DNA from: Candidatus Thermosaccharophagus tengchongensis
Lineage (GTDB): Bacteria > Armatimonadota > Fervidibacteria > Fervidibacterales > Thermosaccharophagaceae
Length of the DNA: 64,000 bases
Reading direction: 5' to 3' (one strand)
NCBI GenBank assembly: GCA_032161105.1
Contig: JAVHTD010000006.1
In this document: positions 20,734 to 31,000 of the stretch, piece after piece
How positions within the stretch are numbered: the stretch's first letter is position 1
Layout: the number at the start of each line of letters is the position of its first letter
The notes under the pieces: generated by a model
Database searches by the model: none
Told to the model about the DNA's origin: nothing
The model's input: only the letters and a program-made list of their open reading frames with translations
Translations under genes and position numbers: made by a program

Positions 20734-22878
20734 TTATGCCTCCGTGAGCAATATGCGAGCGTCAAGGACTGTTGCTCCCTCTCCCCTCTGAAAGACCATA
20801 AGCGGGTTGACATCAAGTTCCTCAATCTCATCACAATCAAGCGCCAGCTGCGAAAGCCTGCAAATGCACTCAACTATTGCATCTATGTCCGATGGCGGTT
20901 GACCCCTGTAGCCTTCAAGTATCGCTGCTGAACGGACACTTCTTATCATCCTGAGCGCATCCAACTCCATCACTGGGGCAATCCTGAATGTCACATCCTT
21001 GAGCACCTCAACATAAACACCGCCGAGACCGAACATGAGCAGCGGTCCAAAGAGAGGGTCTCTCTTCATGCCGATGATCGTCTCAACACCCCTTTTCGCC
21101 ATCCTTTGTATCAACACGCCATCAATGCGCGCCTCGGGGCACCTCTCACTAACTTGCTGCATCATCCTTTCAAACGCCTCAGCTACTGAGCTCTCGTCGC
21201 TCAGGTTTAAGATGACTCCGCCAACATCAAACTTGTGCACGATGTCGGCGGAGAGTATTTTCATCGCCACAGGGAAACCGATATCGCAAGCCACTTTGGC
21301 AGCTTCCTCTGGTGCGCTCGCAACGCCCCAGCGCATCACGGGAAAACCATACGCCTCAAGTATGCTCAGAGCCTCATCCTCTCGCACAAACCTTCTTCCG
21401 GCACCTCTAACGGCTCGTATTATTTCCCTGACACGCCCAATATCAACATCGGTGAATGGCTTCGCCTCTGCCCTCGGGCGCGTGATCCACTTGACGAATT
21501 TATACATTGCGCTGAGCGCCCTTATGGCTTGCTCCGGAAAGCTGTAATGCGGTATCCCATTCTCATTGAGCACTTTTACACCGGGCGAAACATCATACCA
21601 ACCCATGAATGTCGCCACAATTGGCTTTCCATCCGACTTTGAAATGCGAACTATCGCCTTAGCCACCTCTTCAACATCCGTCATCGCCTGCGGCGTTAGC
21701 AGGACGGAAATCATGTCCACATTTGGATCCCTCATCACCATGCTCAGAGCAAATTCGTAGCGGTCGTGTTGCGCATCCCCGATCAGGTCAATCGGGTTGC
21801 GAACAGAAGCTGCCGGCGGAAGATATTCCTTAAGCCTTTTTCTCGTTGTCTCCGTCAGGTTGGCAAGCTCAAGCCCATAGCGCATGCATGCATCTGCAGC
21901 CATTATAGCCGGACCGCCGGCATTCGTAACTATTGCCAGCCTCGGTCCGTTCGGGAGCGGCTGGTTGACGAACGCTTCAGCATAGTCAAATAGCTCCTCG
22001 ACTGAATCAACCCTCAGAACGCCAGCCTGAGCGAGTATAGCCTCGTAGACCTCGTCACTCCCAGATAAAGCGCCAGTGTGGGATGTTGCAGCTCTTGCAC
22101 CAGCTGGTGTCCTGCCAGCTTTAATTGCCAGTATCGGCTTCGGCTGCGGCAGCTCACTTGTTATTGTGCTCGCAACTTCAATGAACCTACGCCCACTCGT
22201 GAGCTCTTCAAGATACATCAGGATGACACCCGTCTGCGGGTCTTCGGCGAGCGCCACAAGTATATCGGACTCATCAACATCAGCTTTGTTGCCCATGCTC
22301 ACCACCTTTGAGAAGCCGATGCCCTGCCCACGAGCATAGTCAAGCACGGCTGTGCAAAGAGCACCACTTTGAGAGACGAATGCGATGCGCCCAGCTTGAG
22401 GCATCCTGCTGGCGAAGCTCGCATTCATTGATACGGCTGGGTCGGTATTTATCACGCCCAAGCAGTTTGGCCCGACAAGTGCAATGCCGTAATGGTCGGC
22501 AATCTCTTTAAGCCGCTTCTCGCGCTCAATTCCCTCGCCACCTATCTCCTTGAAGCCCGCCGAGATTACGATGGCGCCCTTAACTCCCTTTCGCCCACAC
22601 TCATCCAACACCTGCGGGACTATTGGCGCTGGCACAACTATGACAGCCAAGTCAACATCACCCGGCACTTCCGTGATGCTCGGGTAAGCCTTCACGCTGA
22701 GTATGGAGTCAGCCCTCGGGTTAACCGGGTAAAGCACGCCGCGATATCCACCCATCAGGATGTTCCGAAAGACAGATTGACCAACGCTGCTTGGATCTCT
22801 TGAAGCGCCTATGACAGCAATTGAGCGAGGACAAAATATCGCCCTCAAATCCTTCCTCGGCTTAAGAGCGCCAATCAT
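20734..22878 (-). CDS. ADP-forming acetate/acyl-CoA ligase, alpha-beta fusion
   Basis: SIAVIGAS CoA-binding, GPNCLG, SQSGAL, SHTGAL (phospho-His), ATP-grasp HK.DVGGV, LDVNP. Confidence 0.9.
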   Translation of the reverse strand: MIGALKPRKDLRAIFCPRSIAVIGASRDPSSVGQSVFRNILMGGYRGVLYPVNPRADSILSVKAYPSITEVPGDVDLAVIVVPAPIVPQVLDECGRKGVKGAIVISAGFKEIGGEGIEREKRLKEIADHYGIALVGPNCLGVINTDPAVSMNASFASRMPQAGRIAFVSQSGALCTAVLDYARGQGIGFSKVVSMGNKADVDESDILVALAEDPQTGVILMYLEELTSGRRFIEVASTITSELPQPKPILAIKAGRTPAGARAATSHTGALSGSDEVYEAILAQAGVLRVDSVEELFDYAEAFVNQPLPNGPRLAIVTNAGGPAIMAADACMRYGLELANLTETTRKRLKEYLPPAASVRNPIDLIGDAQHDRYEFALSMVMRDPNVDMISVLLTPQAMTDVEEVAKAIVRISKSDGKPIVATFMGWYDVSPGVKVLNENGIPHYSFPEQAIRALSAMYKFVKWITRPRAEAKPFTDVDIGRVREIIRAVRGAGRRFVREDEALSILEAYGFPVMRWGVASAPEEAAKVACDIGFPVAMKILSADIVHKFDVGGVILNLSDESSVAEAFERMMQQVSERCPEARIDGVLIQRMAKRGVETIIGMKRDPLFGPLLMFGLGGVYVEVLKDVTFRIAPVMELDALRMIRSVRSAAILEGYRGQPPSDIDAIVECICRLSQLALDCDEIEELDVNPLMVFQRGEGATVLDARILLTEA

Positions 22879-23001
22879 TCAGGTTACACCTCCGCCTATG
22901 CATTTCGGCACACATGGCAATCACTATGCCGATTTGAAAGTTAAGTCCACAACGCACATGTTGAAGCGCATCGTGTTGACGAACCGTTAACAACGGTCGC
23001 A

Positions 23002-25614
23002 TTAAATTGGAGAGCGCTGTCGCATGCGCCAGCGTATTGTATCCAACCCAACTGCGAGGAGTATCAAAGCACCCTCAATTGCGTTCTCCCAATATGACGA
23101 GACATGCAAAAACACAAGTGCGCTTGCGATCGTTCCGAGCAGGACAATGGCTAACGCGCTCCCGATGACGCTTCCGCTGCCACCAAAAATATTTGTGCCA
23201 CCAATGACGGCGCTCGCAATGGCAAACAGCTCAAGCCCAATGCCGGCATTTGATTGTATCGCTGTAAACCTCGTCGCGTAGAAGAATGCCCCAAAGCCAG
23301 TTAGCGCGCCGCAGATGATGAAGCTCATACACCTTACAAGTGAGACATTGATGCCAGCGAGCCTTGAACCCTCAGCGTTACTCCCGACTGCATAGATTGC
23401 CCTCCCAAAGGGAGTGTGAGAGAGCGCAATTGACCCTAAGGCTACAGATAGTAAGGCGACATAAACCGGGATGGGCAAGTGAAGTAGCCTCACCTGATAG
23501 GGTGAATTAAACCATGCCGGCAAATCAAGCACCCAATAACCCCCGGTTGCCCAAAGCAAGCCGCCACGAATTATGCTCATCATTCCGAGTGTGACTATAA
23601 CTGGCGGTATTGACAGACCAACGCTTAAAGCCCCGTTAATGAGCCCGCAGAGGGCGCCCACAACCGTTGAAATGAGAAGTGTGATGCAAAGACCGACGCC
23701 GGCTTTTGAGAGCAGCCCACATATGATGGCACACAGGGCAAGCAATGCGCCGACTGACAAATCAATGCCGCCAGAGATGATCACAAAAGTCATTCCAATG
23801 GCTACAAGCATGCTGTATGCATAGTTGGTCAAGATGTCGCTCATGTTTGATGGCGAAAGGAAATCCGGGCGCTTGATTGCGGTCGCAACAGAAACGGCTA
23901 TAAGGAAGAGCAGGAGCATTTGCTCCCTTTTGCCGAGTGACGATAGGCGCAATAACAGGCTCGCAATCGTGCGCCACAGGCTTGCCCCAATGCGGATTGG
24001 AGCGCTCAACGCACCGATGTCGCTGTGAGCCATACTACCGCCCGCCGCGCCGGATGCGGCATGCTGCGATGTGACTTCACCGCCGGTGGCGACTCCGACG
24101 GCGAATGAAAGCACCCTCTCCTGAGTTGCCTCATTGTGCTTCAGCTCCGCTACAAGCTCACCGTCACGCATCACAAGGACTCTATCGCTCATGGCGAGCA
24201 GCTCGGGCATGTCCGACGAAATGAGCAGTATGCCCATCCCGGATTTGGCGAGTTCACCAATGAGCCTGTGTATCTCCGCCTTCGCCCCAACATCAATGCC
24301 CCTTGTCGGCTCATCCAGTATGAGCAACTTCGGGCGACACAAAAGCCACTTTCCGAGCACCACCTTCTGTTGATTGCCACCGGAAAGGAATTTGACTTTC
24401 CTACCAATGTCTGGTGGGTGGATGCGGAGCTTGCTCACCATCTCTTGTGAGAGCTCATGCTCAACACGCGCCCTCGCCACGCCCATGCTCGCAATCTGGC
24501 GCAGAATGGCGAGGGTCATATTTTCACGCACGCTCATCTGCGTGACCAAGCCCTGCTTGAACCTATCCTCGGGAACATAAACAATCCCAAGCTCCATAGC
24601 ATGAGCTGGACCACGCACACGCACCCTTTTGCCGCACCAAATTACCTCCCCATCGTCAATCGGCAATATTCCAAACAGAGCCTGCGCAAGCGAACTTCTA
24701 CCCGAACCCACCAAACCGGCTACACCAACGACCTCCCCCGAACGCACCTCAAATGAGACACCATGAAATCGCCCCTTTGACTTTAGCCCCTTCACTTCAA
24801 GGAGCGTCTCGCCAATCTTGCCCGATGCCTTCTCGTAGTATTGGTCAACTGGACGCCCAACCATGAGCTGAATGAGCTTCTCCCTCGTCACATCGGCTGC
24901 GTTGAATGTCCCCACTCGCTTGCCATCACGGAGGACTGTGACTCTGTCGGCAAGCTTGAAGACCTCATCAATGCGATGCGAGATGTATATGATGCCGACA
25001 CCCATTCCCCTCAATCTCATGACGACATCAAACAAGCGCTCTATCTCGGCTTCCGAGAGGGATGATGTCGGCTCGTCCATGATTAGCAACCTTGCGCTCC
25101 TTGAAAGGGCTTTAACTATCTCAACCAGTTGGCGCTGCGCTTGCGACAGCTCCGATACGGGTGCATCAAGCGGCAATGAGATGCCCAACTCCAACAGGAG
25201 CTGTTGAACCCTTCTTCTCGCTTCTCTCCAAGAGATGAAAAGCAACCTTCGCGGGAGCTTCCCGAGGAGGATGTTTTCAATTGCGCTCAAGTCACCGCAC
25301 AACATCGGCTCCTGATAAATCACGGCTATGCCGAGCGAGATGGCATCACCGGGGCTGCGCAAGTGCACGCTTTTCCCTTCCCATGTGATAGTGCCGCCAT
25401 CAGGTTGATACACCCCGGCAACGATTTTTATGAGTGTGCTCTTTCCGGCACCATTCTCGCCAACTATTGCGTGAACCTCACCCGTGTAGACATCCAAACT
25501 CACGCCATCAAGGGCTACGACGCCGGGGAACTCCTTGCGAATTTCGCGGAGCGAAAGGAGTGGCTCTCTTCCGTTGCCCAAAATGGCACCACTTGTAACA
25601 CCTTGCATTTGCAT
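23002..25614 (-). CDS. Sugar ABC transporter (CUT2): RbsA-like double ATPase fused to an RbsC-like permease
   Basis: GENGAGKST, MDEPT, LSGGNQQK, LDEPTRGIDVG, then in frame GGIDLSVG, GRAIYAVGSN, ELFAIASAVIGG. Confidence 0.88.
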   Translation of the reverse strand: MQMQGVTSGAILGNGREPLLSLREIRKEFPGVVALDGVSLDVYTGEVHAIVGENGAGKSTLIKIVAGVYQPDGGTITWEGKSVHLRSPGDAISLGIAVIYQEPMLCGDLSAIENILLGKLPRRLLFISWREARRRVQQLLLELGISLPLDAPVSELSQAQRQLVEIVKALSRSARLLIMDEPTSSLSEAEIERLFDVVMRLRGMGVGIIYISHRIDEVFKLADRVTVLRDGKRVGTFNAADVTREKLIQLMVGRPVDQYYEKASGKIGETLLEVKGLKSKGRFHGVSFEVRSGEVVGVAGLVGSGRSSLAQALFGILPIDDGEVIWCGKRVRVRGPAHAMELGIVYVPEDRFKQGLVTQMSVRENMTLAILRQIASMGVARARVEHELSQEMVSKLRIHPPDIGRKVKFLSGGNQQKVVLGKWLLCRPKLLILDEPTRGIDVGAKAEIHRLIGELAKSGMGILLISSDMPELLAMSDRVLVMRDGELVAELKHNEATQERVLSFAVGVATGGEVTSQHAASGAAGGSMAHSDIGALSAPIRIGASLWRTIASLLLRLSSLGKREQMLLLFLIAVSVATAIKRPDFLSPSNMSDILTNYAYSMLVAIGMTFVIISGGIDLSVGALLALCAIICGLLSKAGVGLCITLLISTVVGALCGLINGALSVGLSIPPVIVTLGMMSIIRGGLLWATGGYWVLDLPAWFNSPYQVRLLHLPIPVYVALLSVALGSIALSHTPFGRAIYAVGSNAEGSRLAGINVSLVRCMSFIICGALTGFGAFFYATRFTAIQSNAGIGLELFAIASAVIGGTNIFGGSGSVIGSALAIVLLGTIASALVFLHVSSYWENAIEGALILLAVGLDTIRWRMRQRSPI

Positions 25615-25686
25615 CACCGGTTAAAGTGGCGTTAAAGCGAGATCAGTTTGCGGCAGGGTTGCCCGAAGGTAAGATCGCCATGCATG

Positions 25687-26730
25687 TTAACTCATTAACT
25701 CAACGACTCTGCCAGTCATAGCGCTCTCGTAAACTGCCTCGGCAATGCGCAACGACCAATAGCCATCCCAAAGGTCCGGACCGCCGTGAGCCTCCCCGAG
25801 GCAACGCTTGACAAAATGCTCAACCTCTTTGAGGTATCCGAATGCTCTCCTGCTATCACCGATGCCAGTCCATGTCGGTGAGAAGGAGTAAAGGTATCTT
25901 CCGGCATGCGGCGCCGCATCGGTGAAATCGTCACGCCTCTGCCAATACAGCCTGAGCATGTCCTCACAGATAAGGTGAGTCTCATATCCGATGAGTTCAA
26001 GCACCTCACAGATGTCCCTAAAGCCCTGCCTGCAATCCAAGCTGCTGAGATAAAGCTGTCCCAAAGCACCGGAGGCAAACTCAAGGTTGACAAGAAAGGC
26101 AAACTGAGTTTCGGTCACTTCACGATACAGCGCATGCACCCATTTAACTTCGCCGCCAAAGTAGCGCACCAAATCAAAGATGTGGCACAGCTGCCCAATG
26201 AGCATCGCTTTACACGGCGGCTCAATACCCCAAATGCTTGGGTAAGGACCTTGAGAGAATTTGCACCTTATGATGTGCAGCTGCCCGAACTCATCCCGGC
26301 TCACGATCTCCTTAGCCATCATGTAGACATCGGCGAAGCGTTTCATGAAGCCAATCTGACCAAATGTGCCGTGAGCATCCGCAAGCTCAGCTAACTCCTT
26401 TGCCTGCTGTGCTGTAACCGCCGATGGCTTCTCAACATACACTGGAATGCCCTTGCTCAATGCCTTCGGAGCAAGCTCATAATGCATCGGTGCCGGTCCG
26501 ATGATGAAGACGCCGTCAAGCTCCTCGCTGTCAAGCATCTCATCCATGTTCACATAGTGGCGTTTTGCGCCGAACTTGCGTGCGGCATTCATCGCCCTCT
26601 CAACAGCGATGTCGCATACCGCCACCAAATCGGCGCTCGGAATGAAGGCGAAGTTTGGAAGTATAGAGCGAGATGAAAAGTTCCCACACCCAACAACAGC
26701 TACCCTCGCTCGCCTCACCGAATCACTCAT
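25687..26730 (-). CDS. Gfo/Idh/MocA family oxidoreductase
   Basis: VAVVGCG, VEKPSA, GFMKRF. Confidence 0.88.
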   Translation of the reverse strand: MSDSVRRARVAVVGCGNFSSRSILPNFAFIPSADLVAVCDIAVERAMNAARKFGAKRHYVNMDEMLDSEELDGVFIIGPAPMHYELAPKALSKGIPVYVEKPSAVTAQQAKELAELADAHGTFGQIGFMKRFADVYMMAKEIVSRDEFGQLHIIRCKFSQGPYPSIWGIEPPCKAMLIGQLCHIFDLVRYFGGEVKWVHALYREVTETQFAFLVNLEFASGALGQLYLSSLDCRQGFRDICEVLELIGYETHLICEDMLRLYWQRRDDFTDAAPHAGRYLYSFSPTWTGIGDSRRAFGYLKEVEHFVKRCLGEAHGGPDLWDGYWSLRIAEAVYESAMTGRVVELMS

Positions 26731-27970
26731 CACGCTTCACCCCCAAGATGCCCCTTGCAACGAGCATCTCACAGACGTGATCAAGCAGGCGGTGAGCCAC
26801 TTCAAGCTTGCTCATCATCGGCAAGTCCTCACGCTTGCCATCTGCCCTGATTATGGTGACGATGTTCGTGTCAACTCCAAAGCCCGCCCCTTGCCTCGTT
26901 ATGTCATTCGCCACGATCATATCCAAGCCCTTGCGGTGCATCTTCTCAATCGCCCCGGAAATCGGCTCACCGTATTCGGCAGCGAAGCCGACAAGGAGCA
27001 AATCCTTATAGCGCTCTCTAATTGCCGCCATTATGTCGGGCGTTGGCTCAAGCTCTATCACCAACCTATCGTGCTCAATTCGCCTGAGCTTGCCTTCGGC
27101 AGCTTTGACCGGTCTGAAGTCGCAAGGTGCTCCGGCACCGATGACGACATCGCAGCGTTCTCTTGAAAGCTCTTCAAGCATGGCTTCAAGCATGCGCTCA
27201 GTTGTGTCAACGCTTATGACCTTAGCGCCGCTTGGCGGATTGACATCAATGTGACCGCACACAAGCACAACTTCAGCGCCACGCTCAATCGCAGCACTGG
27301 CTATGGCACAGCCCATCTTGCCAGTTGATGGGTTGGATAGGAATCTGACCGCATCAATCGGCTCCCTCGTCGCACCAGCAGTGACAATCATCCTCACACC
27401 ATCAAGGTCTCTCTTGGGCGGCTTGATGGCTCTCTCAATCGCCTCAATGATGCGCTCAATGGGTGCCAACCTGCCCCTCCCAAGCCTTCCGGAGGCAAGC
27501 CAACCGACATCTGGCTCCACAATGATGACGCCCCTGCTTCTCAAAATGCTCAAGTTGGCTTGCGTTGCCTGATGCTCATACATGTCCGCATCCATTGCCG
27601 GCGCCACAACGATTGGGCAGCGAACGGCAAGCAATGTCGTGCTGAGCAAATCATCGGCGATGCCGTGTGCCATCTTGGCGATGATGTTGGCTGTAGCCGG
27701 TGCGACAACTGCCACATCGGCGCCCTTGGCGAGCTCAATGTGAGCCAATGGCGGCTCACTCGGGTTCTCAAACGGGTCAATGAAGACGGGGTTCCCAGAG
27801 AGAGTCGCAAATGTGAGCGGCGTTACAAGCGCTGCACCATGCCTTGTCATAACGACATGAACTGAAGCGCCACGCTGGCGCAGGTGCGAGACGAGCTGTG
27901 CAGCCTTAAAGGCTGCAATGCTGCCCGTGACTCCGACAAGTATTCGCCTCCCATTGAGCACATCGCTCAA
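26723..27970 (-). CDS. coaBC: Bifunctional phosphopantothenoylcysteine decarboxylase/phosphopantothenate-cysteine ligase
   Basis: GVTGSIAAFK, PATANIIAK, PAM, TAGATRE.ID.VR, GFAAE, IVANDI. Confidence 0.97.
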   Translation of the reverse strand: MSDVLNGRRILVGVTGSIAAFKAAQLVSHLRQRGASVHVVMTRHGAALVTPLTFATLSGNPVFIDPFENPSEPPLAHIELAKGADVAVVAPATANIIAKMAHGIADDLLSTTLLAVRCPIVVAPAMDADMYEHQATQANLSILRSRGVIIVEPDVGWLASGRLGRGRLAPIERIIEAIERAIKPPKRDLDGVRMIVTAGATREPIDAVRFLSNPSTGKMGCAIASAAIERGAEVVLVCGHIDVNPPSGAKVISVDTTERMLEAMLEELSRERCDVVIGAGAPCDFRPVKAAEGKLRRIEHDRLVIELEPTPDIMAAIRERYKDLLLVGFAAEYGEPISGAIEKMHRKGLDMIVANDITRQGAGFGVDTNIVTIIRADGKREDLPMMSKLEVAHRLLDHVCEMLVARGILGVKRDE

Positions 27971-28005
27971 GATCCATCGCCTCCAAATTCAACATCACAC
28001 AGGGT

Positions 28006-31000
28006 TCACTTTTCTCCTTTCACATACGGATAACGAAACACGGCTGAGTTTCCGGCAGCATCAAACACGCGCACTTCAAGCACGCCCTCACCGGAGGGCA
28101 ACCTATCAACCGGCACTATGAGTTCCTCATCGCGTGAGTCAAAGCTGCCGTCAGCGCTCATCAGCGGATACCACCTATCGCCGAGTTTGAATTCCGCCCT
28201 TGCCACCCATGTGGTTTCATCGCGGACGAATATGCGATGCAGCAGTGAAACTGCTACAGTGCTTCCTTCCGGCTTCGGCGAAATGGCAATTGGCGGCGTA
28301 TTGTCAACGATGAAGCTCGGCGAGATGGTCTCCGTGAGAATCGGGTTGAGCGGATTGCTCAGTGCATCCGAGGCGACAATTTTTAGGATGTATTTCCCAT
28401 CGGGGAATTGCGTTGTGTCCCATTCAAACTTCTCCTGCTGCCAACTTTGCTCCGGCGCAGCACCCTCGGATGTAACCTGCTCGACCAACTCCTCGGAGAT
28501 TTCCGGCATCGGTGGCGTTTCAACAGTTATGCCAGTCTCACCCTTCTGCGGTGCTGGCTGCCCCTTGTCCTTCTGAGTTGCCGTTTCATTGGCACCTTTG
28601 CCATCCGGTTTCTTTTCCTCCTTAGGCTTGACCTCTTTGATGCGCCGCCAAGTCTTGCCGCCATCATTTGAGCAGTAAAGCTCAAACTCAAGCTCATCCT
28701 GATTGGCATCGTATGCCTTCCACTCAACCGTCACAGTTTTTGAGAGCACAGCACCGGGAGACGGCGCAACGAATTGAACGGTTGGGGCGACATTAACCGG
28801 CGTGAACGAGACCATAGCCCCATAAAGCCTTGGCGGGTTGTTCGTGGCATTGCCATCGCATTTGATCCTAATGCGCCATTGCAGCGCCCTTGCAGAGGGC
28901 GACCTGATTACAAAGCCATCGCCAGACAAGTCGGCATTCTCCCAATCACTCCATGTTTCATCCGGTGCCTCACTGTTGCCCGAGCGCGTTTCAACCGTTA
29001 CCTCAGCATTGCCTGCGATGTCCGCAGTGCACTTGAGCAAACGCCAGTCGGCAACGCATGGGAGCATGAACACAGGTGAAGTGTATTCGCCAATGCTTGC
29101 CTTAGCCAACTCAACAATCCTGCCGCTGATTGACATGACGCCGATCAAGCCGTTGGCTCCCTTGACAAGCCGGGTTACAAACTCATTGCTCAACTTGAGC
29201 GCCTGTCCATATACGCCGTCAGCGTCAATCAAGTAAATGGCATGCGGCATAATGCCGCTCACAATGAGAGCGCCATCCGATGAGAGGATGATGTCGGCAA
29301 TGTGCCTTGACGGCGTATCATATAGCAGCTTGCTTTCCCCATCGTCGGAGAGGCGAAATACCTCCCCATGTGGCGTTGTGCCAATGTAAACACGACCATC
29401 CGAAGATGCGCAGAGAGCCGATATTGCGCCCCTCTTCGTTTCCCAGACAAGTCTGTAACTACCATCGGGCGATATGCGCCATAACCTGCCCATCGGGTAT
29501 GTGCCAGCGTATATTGAGCCATCGCCGCAAACTACAAGCGCCATCACATGCTCATCAAGCGCCTCAGTGAGGGGTTTTAAGCGACCATCTTTTGCAACCC
29601 GAAACACGCGCCCCGGTAGACCGGTTGCAATTAGCACATCGCCAGATGGCAGGGAATGCATTTTCCAAATGTGCTTGCAGTTGAGCTTCAGCCAAACCTT
29701 CGGCAAAGCCATATCACCGTCGGTGACCTTTACGGAGTAAATTTCGCCATTCGGCGATGTGCCAATGAGCAGCTCGTCCACAAGCGGGAGCAAAGCTGTA
29801 GGTATGCAATTCAAGTTGCCATCTTTGCAGAGGCTGCAAACTCGCTTTGCAGAGCCATTTGAGATGGCGTAAACAGCACCGCTTTGCCATGAGCACACAT
29901 ACAGAGTCCCGCCCTCCGAAACGGCAGCTTGCCATATGCCACCGTCACCTAAGTCGGCAATGTCAACCGCCTTCAAGCCGATGCGCACAGAGCCATCGCT
30001 TGCCACAAATGCGCCATCGCACCTGCCCCTCATCAAATCCTTCTGCGACTTAATTTCAATCCTGCGAGCCTTCAGGGCATCTTTGGGCAAGCGCTGGAAA
30101 GTGCCATCATCGCGCCTTCCTTGAGCCCCTTCGCCTTGAGCCCCCTTTGCAGCCCCCTGTTCACTCTCATCCGCCTCAGGTTCACTTGTCTGCTCACCAT
30201 CACCCTCATCCTGAAGCGAGAGTCTGCTCGGCTTTCGCATGCGGAGCAACTCAAACGGCATACCGCTTGAACTGGCTTCACCATCGCCCCACATACCGAA
30301 CAACCTCCCAACCTGCTCAATGAGTTCCAGTCCCCCTTCAACCTGGCGCACGCGAGCCCTCTCAAGTTCGGGCGATGGCTGTGGCACTTCCTTTGGGTAA
30401 TCCGGTTCAATCTTGATGCTTAGCACCTTCATCCCACGCACTACACACCCAACATCAACATGCTCAGAGAGCTCGCCATAGCCGACACGAAGCATGTCGT
30501 CGCCGGCTGCGCTCATCACTTCAAGGATGTTAAACGGCATGTTGTTTGCGACCGTTCCGTTGACACAAGCATCCATGTTGGGCAATTGGAGGCACACGAA
30601 TAGCTGGTCATTTCTCTCCCTGCTCACCAGCTCCTCAATGAGTTGCGCAAGTGAATTTGGGCGGCGCTGCAGTATCCCGAGGCGATTGCGCAAGCGCTGT
30701 GCATCTGCGCCGCCACAAACGCCTATGCGCACAGTGCACGCATGCTTAACATCCGGCAGGCGAACTTTGACCTCCTTTTGCTCCCAGCCGGATTGAGCAT
30801 GTCGCATGTGTATTGTGAGCTTTAGCTCCTCGCCCGGGCGCGCCACACGCTTATCACACAAAACGCGCTCAATGAATGCCTCACGCACTCTGCTCGTGTT
30901 CTCAAGTCTTACAATGACGCTCTTAACATTTGCCCTCTCAAACCTGTTCTCCTCAAGCAAAAGCAGCGTTTGAATCAGCTCCGAGGTTGATGGCATTGAG

